Below, in pieces: positions 32,287-42,544 of a stretch of DNA of 64,000 nt. Numbering within the stretch: position 1 is the first letter of the stretch; each line of letters opens with the position of its first letter. The translations under genes and the position numbers were made by a program. The stretch spans positions 25,606,001 to 25,670,000 of the forward strand of contig OX597825.1 in assembly GCA_951406725.2 (NCBI GenBank), written 5' to 3'. The notes under the pieces are model-generated. The model made no database searches, was not told the DNA's origin, and worked only from the letters and a program-made list of their open reading frames with translations. This DNA comes from Octopus vulgaris. Lineage: Eukaryota.

Positions 32287-33761
32287 TTCTGTTTTAATAT
32301 GAAGCCATATCGCAGGTTGTGCAAGCAGGCCGTAGTTATCTCTCCAGTGGAGCCAGCTTCTAGGCTCTATGCGAATCGACTCTGCATCCACTTCTGTGAG
32401 ATAGCATCTCTCCGCCGTAGACATTGCCACTGTCAAGCCATATTGAGGCCCTGATGTAGGGTATCGCAATAAAAAGTTCGCCAATGTTATATTCTACTAA
32501 ATGATATTGAGCTTTTTATTACAGTTTACAGTTTGTTTTTAGCACAGAAAATACATACATACATGTTTATATTATGTATATGTGCACACACACACATACA
32601 CACGCGCACACACACACAAACACACGCTCATAGTTAAAAGTATTATGGCTGATACTCAAGAATAAAAATCGTTTGACAAGACCATAAAAAGCCAACCGGA
32701 TGTAATAAGGAGTGTAAACGATTGAGGTTCAGATGCCATGTGGTCACAAATAAATTTCGCTTTATGAACGAAAATACCACGACGACGACGACGACGACCA
32801 CCACCACCACCACCACCACCACCACCACCACTACTGCTACTACTACTACTAGACTGCTTTCTATTTTTCGGTTAGTGGGAAAGTACACGATAATAAAAAT
32901 GGTTTTATGTAAGTAATTTAAAATACCCTTATCACGGTCGTCATCACCATTGTCCTTTTCTTCAGCAGCCATAACGTAACGATTACCAATGTCCATCTCC
33001 ACATATGTACATATACCTATGAATACGAGTTGTATGTGTAGATGTTGATGTATGTATATATATATGTACATATTTAATATATGCATCTGTATACATCTTC
33101 ACCTATATATTTTCTTCTACTTCTAAGCACTGACCTGTTCAACCAACCTAATCTATATTCCCAAATTCTTCATTCTACCATATTACTACACCTACCCCTC
33201 TCTCTTCCCCATCACTTAGGCTCTATCACTACATACCTGACACTCCTTTTCTTTTTTACACTATTATACCTCTTTCTCTATGACCCCCCATTCATTCTAT
33301 CAGACACTCCTTTACTCTTTACCCTATCATCTTTTTACATTCTCACATCTTTCTCTCTTTATCACCCTCCCCTCCCTATTCCTGCTCTCCATTTATCTTG
33401 ACTGACCACTAAATGGTTCACCTCTTTATTATCTCTCTCCTTGCTTTTCTTTTCTATTTATTCCTCTCTTCCTGTTTTCGATTTGACCTTTACAAATACA
33501 TTCCCTACTTTTTGGTCACTTTAAATAAACCCTCGATTCAATAGCACTGTGTACAAACACTATACATGGAATGACCAATTTTAAATACTATTGAAATTTA
33601 CTCACAATGTATTAGAATCTTAAATGTATACCATTCTGCCTAAATAATGGATCTACAAATGCAATATCCTTGCATATCTCACATCAATTTTCATTCCTCC
33701 ACTTCACTCTCTATTTCATATCTTATCTAAATTAACTATTGCATAACCATCTTCTCACACC

Positions 33762-33809
33762 GTCTCCGATGAAGGGATATAAAAACTATCCCAGAAACAG
33801 CTGTAAGAC
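33762..33809 (+). ncRNA. Type I hammerhead variant (CCGAUGA core) near the 3' end of a ~0.8-kb C/T-rich non-coding element (~33085-33875)
   Basis: gtct-CCGATGA-a-gggata-taaaaac-tatccc-a-GAAAC-agct-GTA-agac; stems I, II and III all pair. Confidence 0.75.
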
Positions 33810-33980
33810 TTTCTATTCATAAACGTTATAAAACCTTCACAGCCTTGGCTTTTATCCCATTCTGAAAAAAAATTATATATATATAAGTTCAGCAAAATTT
33901 AGATTCAAATGAATATGATACTTAAGTCAGATGCACAAGAATTTTGTATGGTGTTATCCATATAAATCCATGGGGTGATC

Positions 33981-34075
33981 ATAATCAAAATAAGCAACAA
34001 TATTTAATAAAATAATGTAGCGTGAAACGATCGTACCAAATTACCGAAGTTATTCTTGTTGCTTATTTTGATTAT
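33981..34075 (+). mobile_element. Truncated copy of the 39581 HHR element with a 20-bp inverted terminal duplication
   Basis: gaaacgatcgtaccaaattaccg..gt.attcttgttgcttattttga shared with 39653-39700; ataatcaaaataagcaacaa (33981-34000) is the exact reverse complement of 34056-34075. Confidence 0.8.
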
Positions 34076-34112
34076 ATATATACACACACACGCATATATG
34101 TAAGTATGTGTG

Positions 34113-34147
<35 letters not shown>

Positions 34148-34966
34148 AATGCTGAAAGATATACAATGTCAACTTGACGCTTCTTGTTGCGTGCTGATTA
34201 CACTTTGTATAAGAGTAACCTCGGCTGATCAATGAACATTTGTCAGTAGAGAAACCAAGGTGGCGACGAATTATTTGTGAAAAAGGATGGTAACAAAGCA
34301 AAAGCAGAGTAAATAATTCAAGAGAAGTGTAAATGTATAGTGGTGGTGGTGATAGTAGTGGGGGTGGGGTGGGTGTTATTTCAAGTGTTTACATTTTCAG
34401 TTTAGATTCCTTGGACTCTCAATAAAGTTAATTAGCACAAAGAACGTAATTCAATAGCACACGCACACACTCACACACACATACACATACATACAGACAC
34501 ATACACACATGAACACGCACACACACAAATTCAGTACACATATATTATAATGTATGCAGAATTCCGAGGTGCTTCTTGTGTGAATAACGCACGATTCAAA
34601 GTGTAGGATGAGATTCTTAAAAAGAAGTACCATGAGAGAAACGAAAAGTTTGTGAAGGAGTTAAGATAAGACAAAGACTACGGGAATAGATTCGCTTTGT
34701 GATGAAAGAATTTTCTAATTAGAAATTCCGCTTCCTTAATTTGGTCCTTACATTGGAGCTAGAGGATTATAAATTGAAGTTTCATTCCTTATGTTCAGGC
34801 GGCACCCAATGTTCTTTAATCTATGTATTATATGTATTCTTTCCTTTATGCACGGTCTTCAGTTTTTGTTTTATCCGTCGGTATACAATCTCGGTCTATC
34901 TAAAGCCATTCATTTTATAGGTCTATATTTAACCACTACGCCATATGCCCACGGGATAATCAGCGG

Positions 34967-35548
34967 CACTCCAGGTTAAAGAAGGGCTTCACCGACATAA
35001 GATGTTATCTGTTTGGTGGGATATGAAAGTTTTAGCCCACTTTGAACTTTTAAACCCAAACCAAACAATAACAAAGGAGATTTACTGCAATCAGCTTGAG
35101 CAGCTTAAGTGAGCTCTAGAAAAATAACAAAAGAAAACAACCACCTTTGGTTTCATGACAAAAAGTCTTCTTCCATCATGATAATGCTACGCCACATACA
35201 TCGAGGATGACATTCCTAAAGCTGGAGCGGTTTGAATTGGAAACGATGCCAACCCACCATATTCGCCGGACATTACTCTATCTGATTATCATTTATTCTG
35301 CAGTCTTCAAAATCATTTGGATGGAAAAATATGAATTCTGTAGATGAGGTCAGAACAGTACTGGAGGAGTATTTTTCGTAATGGACAAGTGAATTTTGGA
35401 AGAGGAGCTTTGCAAGTCTACCAGACAGAAGGAAGAGCATTGTAGAAAATGAAGGAGAGTATATTTTAAATTTAAAAAGAACTTAATCTTAATTTTGAAA
35501 ACTAAAAGAAGTATAAAAAAGTCGCATTATTTATGGGATGACCCAATA
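34967..35548 (+). mobile_element. Mariner 3' fragment with right TIR
   Basis: LSVWWDMK, FHHDNATPH, PPYSPDITLSDYHLFCSLQNHL; TIR ttatgggatgacccaata resembles that of the 964 element. Confidence 0.9.
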
Positions 35549-35623
35549 TATAAGCTAACATTTACCTATATTTTATATAGTTATTCGATTTGTTCTGTAT
35601 ACTGCATCATAAATCCTAGTTTT

Positions 35624-36020
35624 GGATCTTTTCGGTTTGAACGGCAGTTTTTAAAAAATAATTTCCACGTAACTAAACACTTTTAAACTTCGTATACTGG
35701 TAGAATGTGTTTATAAAATATCTTTTTTCTCTTGGCTTTATTGAGAAAATTCTATAGTTTGTAAGATATTTGTTGTTGTTTTTTCTTCAATTTCTGCAAT
35801 TTCAACCATACGGCATCCTGTGCCGTATGAATATGTCCCTCGTTTAAGAAACAGATTGAGTTTATTTACATTTTGGAAGAGAAAAGATACCCTTCCCCCC
35901 ACCCCAACCCTAACCCTAAAACAGATTGAAATGCAATAGATCGATACTAGGGTCATAATTATGGGTGAATATTTCATATGACACCGCTAGAAAAAACTGC
36001 CGTTCAAACCGAAAAGATCC
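35624..36020. mobile_element. 397-bp MITE with perfect ~29-bp TIRs; superfamily unresolved
   Basis: ggatcttttcggtttgaacggcagttttt / aaaaactgccgttcaaaccgaaaagatcc; flanking duplication tagtttt (35617-35623, 36021-36027); internal aaccctaaccctaa. Confidence 0.9.
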
Positions 36021-36869
36021 TAGTTTTTTTTGCTGATATGGGACACCTTTATTTCAACCTTTTTACTTATCTTTATACTTGCTATCTTTATCAGCTCCCT
36101 TTAGATTCATTTGTTAGATTCATTTGTTTATGATCTAAGTTCAATCTCGGCATGGTTGACTTTGGTTTCCATCCTTCAAGAATCTATAAAATTAAATTTT
36201 TAGACTCGCTCCAACGTAATAAATCGGTATAAATTTATTCTTATATAGAACTAAAGATGACATCTCTGACTCATAGTTTCATATTATTGACTGAACTCAT
36301 AGAAATCCGATTAAAATGGTTTATTACTAATATATAATTTTGTTGTAGTTCTGAAATTGCAAATATTTACTTTATATACTCAGACGCCAAATACATTAGT
36401 GATATTTCTTGATAATAATCGAGTATTTGTATTTCTATTGGTATTTCATTCCAGGCAATAAGGCATTGATTTCACTCCATTATAATTCATATATGAACTT
36501 TGAACATATCAAAGTCTAGTTATAATGACAGAGAAGAAAATATGAGATATATAATCGTAATATCAGTATGTAGATGTCCTGAATTCGTTTACTATCACTG
36601 ACCTGGTACTGCAGTTTTGTCTCTGAGAACATGTAGAGAGTTCTCGCTAACAGTCTGATATTGGTAAGATATTGGCTCGGATACACTAACGCACATTATA
36701 TTCTAAAGAGTGAAGTCATTGAGAAAGGAATAAGACTTCTGGATTATTTTCTTTTAAATACTTCACAAATTTATACTGTACTGTAGAACAAAAGGGGTAA
36801 ACTTTAAGCAAAAGGGAAAATGAACGGTAATTCTAAACTGAAGTGATGTATATATTCCCTTATATTGTC

Positions 36870-37372
36870 ACTTTCGAGTGCTACTGGTAACATGTAACCC
36901 AGTACAACCTGTTGCATGGTCGGGTCGTCGACGACTAAACCGGCAACCCCACCAAGCTTGCTTGGTGAGGAGGGTGTTTATTGGACACCCAGCGGGATGG
37001 AAAACAAAACCCGTCACGTCAAAGGGCGGAGGAACTCTTGAGAGTCAACGGCCATCCAATAAATGTCTTAAGGATGTATCATGCTCAGGAACATAGAAAT
37101 AATCGGACTGAATACCCGATCACGCGGTTAAACCATTGGGAGTGAAGGACTCCTAGCCTTTGTTAGGGCATCCTTCTAGGAAAAGGAAACAATCTGGTAA
37201 CTGGGATAACTCCGACATAAAACATGCGGCTCAGTAGTTACCGATGATGTTGACTTGTTCTTCTTTTCGGATTATGGCTGCTGTTGCTTAGTGAGTGGGA
37301 TTGACTCAGTGCACAGCCTTTCCTCACTTGAAAACAAAATCTTCTTGCACAGGCATTGCATGATAACAACAT
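36870..37372 (+). mobile_element. Non-coding, probably RTE-related repeat
   Basis: GC-richer island with gggcatccttctaggaaaaggaaa (RTE 5'UTR-like) and hairpin caccaagc-tt-gcttggtg; ends in aacaac. Confidence 0.45.
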
Positions 37373-37810
37373 TGATTAAGCTTCGGGCAATGGCCATACT
37401 TGATAACGAGGGGGCAGCCACTATATTGCTAAATACACCTTCTGGTGAACAACGTACAGCTCAATCTTTGGTGAGCGGAAATCTTCGTATTATATCTCTT
37501 ATTGCCGATCTTACGAACTTTGTACATATAACTGACGCGGGCGTGGTAAAAAAGATTGTTTTCAAACCGAAGAGCTCCGGGTTTAGTACCACTGCATGGC
37601 ATCTTTTTCAGCGAGTGTCTACCACCATGATCCCGAGCTGACCAAAGCCTGGAGAATGGATTTCATTAACGGAAATTGAAAGAAACCCATCGAGCTCAAA
37701 TTCCGCCGAGTTCGACTTTCATCATTCTAGGTCGATAAAATAAATACCAGTTAAGAACTGGAGTTGATGTAATCGACACACCTTTCCCAAACCAATATGT
37801 AGAGCCATGT

Positions 37811-38013
37811 TTAAGGCGACGAGCTGGCATAACCGTTATCATGCCGGGCTAAATGCTTAACGATATTTCTTTCGTCTTTAATTTTTAAAAATTCCACTGT
37901 GGTCGATTTTGCCTTTCTTCCTTTCGAGGTCGATAAAATAATTACCAGTTGAGTAATCGACTCACCCACTCTCTCAAAATTGCTGCCCTTCGGCCAAGAT
38001 TTCAAACCAAATG
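37811..38013 (+). mobile_element. SINE A (tail type 2) inserted immediately behind another SINE A
   Basis: TSD tgtagagccatgt at 37798-37810 and 38014-38026. Confidence 0.88.
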
Positions 38014-38411
38014 TGTAGAGCCATGTGTGAACATGGATCTACATCGAGATGTATACCAAAGTTGATATCGTATCTTTTCCTCTCAATACTCTGCCAAAAG
38101 TAATATCCAGTTTCATAATTTTTTTATAATATGAAGATAAAATATATTCAGCCGCATTTTTATGATTAGAACGCTTATTGGCGATTGTTGCAATTTTTTG
38201 CCTGTTATTTATATTGTGTGTACACGTTGTAACATGTTGTTACAATAATCTGTTGTGCGCGTGCACGCGTGTGAGAATGTTAAATTAAGGTTATTTTAAA
38301 GCGAGTTTAATAATAAGCTTAGTTCCCTATTGCAACTGGAATTAATTATAAAATTCGTGTAGGCTAGCAAGCAAACCTAACGGTGTATTCAACCAGATCC
38401 AGCCACATACG

Positions 38412-38691
38412 CTGGTTAGGGCAGCGGACTCGCGGTCGTAGGATCGCGGTTTCGATTCCCAGGCCGGGCGTTGTGAGTGTTTATTGAGCGAAAACACCTA
38501 AAAGCTCCACGATGCTCCGGCAGGAGGTGGTGATCCCTGCTGTACTTTTTCACCACTCTTTTACTCCCTCTTTCTTCTGTTGGCCTGCTCGCTTAGCCAG
38601 CGGGGTGGCGTCATTCGAAGGCTAAAACAATGCGAACGCATTGTGACCAGCAATGTGTAACAACATCTGATGGTCTGGTCGGTCACGTGAT

Positions 38692-38700
<9 letters not shown>
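38412..38700 (+). mobile_element. SINE family C with RTE-like tail (tail type 2)
   Basis: Head and core match 6961-7343; 3' end tgtgaccagc...ctggtcggtcacgtgatcacgtga matches the RTE end at 58681-58740. Confidence 0.88.
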
Positions 38701-38737
<37 letters not shown>

Positions 38738-38745
<8 letters not shown>

Positions 38746-39375
38746 CAAAATGGGAGAAGAACGCAAAACATCCGGACAGCTAGGTGATACAAAAATGGGA
38801 CAACAAAACATCCAGATAGACGATACAAAGAAAACAAGGACGGGTCATTCTTTCCTCAATCAAGCACCAGATTATCCTCACAATTTCGGCCGAGTTGAAA
38901 AACTTTGGAGTCAACGAGAAGGAGTACAGTTGGACATTTATTTTCAATCATTGCAATTGTTTCCACACAACGTAGTTCTCCAGGAGTGCAGGTACTTGTA
39001 TATGTAACCGTTTCTCTGCATTATGAGATCTAGTTGTGTTTCCTCAGGCGATATGTAAATATTGTCTCCGAAAGTTCATATTCTCGGCTTCAAGAACGTC
39101 CTCTTGATCTGCGGTGGCCTGAATTTAGTAGTAGTCACTGAGCTTATTAGGGTGTGTTGTTGTTGAAGGGCCGTTGGCAAACTGCTTTCAATGTGTCGAT
39201 GTAGTGGGATGGTGATTCTGCTACTGTTATGCGGTTGCCGTTTTAAAGGGATTGGCATGTGATTTCTTTCTTTGTACTGTTGATTTGTTCTTCATGGTTG
39301 GTTTCATATGCGAACCTGGAAGTACTTATAACAGTACTGTTGGATAGCACAGGGTGAAATCTCAAAGCGAATGAG
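38738..39375 (-). mobile_element. Probable PLE-derived remnant
   Basis: Shares gacgatacaaa and aaaacaaggac.ggtcattc with 57205-57590; - strand CTPGELRCVETIAMIENKCP resembles a GIY-YIG C-terminus. Confidence 0.5.
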
Positions 39376-39580
39376 CTATACACAGCGCGCACAAACGCAC
39401 ATACATATTCATATGTATATATTCCTATATATATATATATATATATATCTTAGTCAGTCAGTGGAAGGACTTCACTACCTCATATGTTCTTAAAATTTAA
39501 ATCCACATCTTTTTATATCTACCTTCTTTATAATCTTGCCACTTGATTTGAACATTTTTGTATTAATGGAAAACCTCTAT

Positions 39581-39671
39581 AATTGGCTGATGAGTACTCA
39601 GCATCTTAAATATGTTGTAATACTTACAACATTTAATAAAATGATGTAGAACGAAACGATCGTACCAAATT
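39581..39671 (+). ncRNA. Type I hammerhead ribozyme with long stem II
   Basis: aattgg-CTGATGA-g...[catc/ttaaat/atgttgtaa-tac-ttacaacat/ttaa/gatg]...c-GAAAC-gatc-GTA-ccaaatt; all core nucleotides intact, predicted cleavage after 39664. Confidence 0.85.
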
Positions 39672-39791
39672 ACCGGAGTCATTCTTGTTGCTTATTTTGA
39701 GTATATATATATATATATACACATTCACAGAAAACACACATACACAGATATGTACATATATACATTTATATCCATACATATGCTTACGTAC

Positions 39792-39861
<70 letters not shown>

Positions 39862-39914
39862 GCATATATTTAAGTGTGTTTCTATATATACGAGTGTGTA
39901 AATATGTGTAAATA

Positions 39915-39953
<39 letters not shown>

Positions 39954-40263
39954 TGTGTGTGTTTACATTTTCATAAGCATTAGTTGATTGCGATGCCAAT
40001 TTTCGCCCGATGAGCAAGCCAAGCAATCGCAGCTTGAAGTCTAAATAAACTGAAAATTATTTAAATTATAATTAACTCAAAATTACTGAAGATGAAATCC
40101 AGTCATCAATAAATGTTTTTGCATTTATCCTATAAAGTGATAAAATGATCAACAACACCGAACAGTACACACGCTCTTACAGAAATGCGCATACATATGT
40201 ATGTATATGCATACGTATATATTTGCTAGATAAGCATAGAATCTCTCTCTGTCTCTCCCTCTG

Positions 40264-40348
<85 letters not shown>

Positions 40349-40534
40349 GTGTTTATGGTTTTATCTAAATCCGATGTTTTTCTCATTTCATTTTTGTGTT
40401 ACAATATATCGTCATCCATTCTTTCTTAGCTGAGTATTTTTAATTGGTATTTTTCCCCAAATATATTTATTTACAACAATCTGTTTTTTTTCTTTCCATC
40501 TCTTTTTCGCTTTCGATTTAGGATTTCATTTCTT

Positions 40535-40578
<44 letters not shown>

Positions 40579-41199
40579 CATACACGCTTATATGGTTACG
40601 TTGTAATCATTTAGCGCAATGAAATGAGAGAAAGTAATGTAGTGTTTTCGTCTTGGAATAAGGTTACGGAATGTTGTTTCTCTTTCTTTTAAGGTTTGCT
40701 ATGCAACACTAATTAGTTGGAAAGAGTGAAGGATTGAAAAATAACGAGCGCAAACTGATAAACAAAATCAGCAACACCGCCACTACCAGCTCCACCGGCG
40801 CAACAGTCACCACCATCACCATCACCATCACCATCACCACCACCGCTACTGATACCAATAATAAATGAAGCAAAAAAAAATTAAATAAAGATAAAAATAA
40901 GGTTTTGGGAAAGCATTAAATACTAAAGAAATTACCGGAAATTTGCTGAGCATGTTGTTTTGAGGTTAGCAACCAATTAATCTAACATGTTTAATTTAAT
41001 ACAACACCACACCTGTAATTTACATAGAGCGTTGGAAAATTCTTACTAATCTGATAGCATCGCTTTCGTTTGGGTCTTTAGCATCTTAATTTTCTCTCTG
41101 CCTATCTGTGTGTGTGTGTGTTTCTCTCTCTTTTTTCTGCAATATCGATTTCATATTAATGAATGTGATCCTGGATATGACAGACTAAAGACCAAATAA

Positions 41200-41895
41200 T
41201 AATTTTTGTCACAGGGCCAGAAATTTTGAGGGAAGGGGGAAGACAATTATATCGACACCAGTGCTCAACTGATGTTTATTTTATCAGAAAGGATAAATGG
41301 AAAAGATGACCAGCGGGATTTTGCCTTAGAAATTAAGCCGGAAAAAAATGCCGCTTAGCATTTATCTAGCTCGCTAACGAATCTAGCAGCTCGCCGCCTG
41401 TACTGGTTAGATAAAACTGGTTTCAAAGTCTGGCACGAAGCTATTAATATTAGAGGAGGGGGTAAGTCGATTATACCGACCCAGTGCTCAACTGGTAGTT
41501 ATTTTATCGAAACGGATGAAGAGCAAACTTGACATCAACGGCATCTGAAATCAGAAAGTAAAGCTAGGAAGATGGCGCCAAGCAGGTTATCTACTGTGCT
41601 AAAGTCTTTGCCAGCGCGCCGCTTTTCAAATTTTCACACAAGGCTAGCAATTTGAGGTGAGATAAGTCGATTACATCGATTCCAGTGCTCAGCTGGGTAA
41701 AACAGCATTACTCAGGTATCGTTGGGTGATATCACTGCTACGCCGAACAAAATGTTTAGCGGCATTTCGCCCTTCTTTATGTTCTGAATTGAAATTCTAC
41801 TGTGGTCGACTTTGTCTTTCATCCTTTCGGGGTCGATGTAATCTACTTAAACACGCCCCCGAAATTGCGACCCCGTACCCAAATTGAAACCAATA
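41200..41895. mobile_element. Cluster of old SINE A copies (three on -, one on +)
   Basis: Degenerate family A units at ~41205, 41420 and 41625 (-) and ~41740-41895 (+). Confidence 0.8.
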
Positions 41896-42137
41896 TTCAG
41901 TATAGCAAAACTTGAGCTTTTAAAATGTTCTAAATGATGTTTTAAAACGCTGGGTATATGTAAAAATTCCTGTTTTTTATGTTCCTTTCATCATCCCAAG
42001 ATTGATTAAGACATATATTCGTTGTTAATAATACTCATTTGCTGAAGGTATATTGTATTTCGGATAATCTCATAAAGAAGTGTGCATCCTAACTTCTTCG
42101 TTTAGTTAATCAATACGATTAGTACTGGCCACGTACA

Positions 42138-42216
<79 letters not shown>

Positions 42217-42275
42217 CCTATAATTTTTTACCAGTTTCATTCCTTGGCAACGCGTGTGCGAACATCAATGTGTTT

Positions 42276-42427
42276 ATTATTTACGTTATTTACATTTGAC
42301 GGATATTTGTCCTCATCTTGTTTGTTGTTAACAAAACGCTTCGGCTGATATACCCTCCAGCTTTCATCAGGTGCCTTGGGGAAATTTCGAACCTGAGTTC
42401 TCATTCCTAAGCTATTTTTCGATGTTG

Positions 42428-42462
<35 letters not shown>

Positions 42463-42544
42463 GTTATTATTGTTATTATTAATCGAACTCGGAATCTTGG
42501 GGTTAGAAGCCCGCGCTCTTAGCCACTACGCCATATGCCAGTGT
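42276..42544 (-). mobile_element. SINE family E: tRNA head + (AAT)n + hammerhead-containing tail
   Basis: Head ggcatatggcgtagtggctaagagcgcggg...gagttcgatt; HHR-like cac-CTGATGA-a-agctg..cagcc-GAAGC-GTT at 42373-42335; 12-bp TSD atcaatgtgttt at 42264-42275 and 42545-42556. Confidence 0.85.

Noticed and set aside
35900-35920. Telomeric repeat
   Set aside because: Only about two units, internal to a MITE.
39995-40110. Other HHR-like traces (ccgatgag 40008, ctgaagatgaaa 40086; also ~8855, ~15635, ~20930, ~57320)
   Set aside because: Cores or stems too degenerate to support a call; may be fossils.
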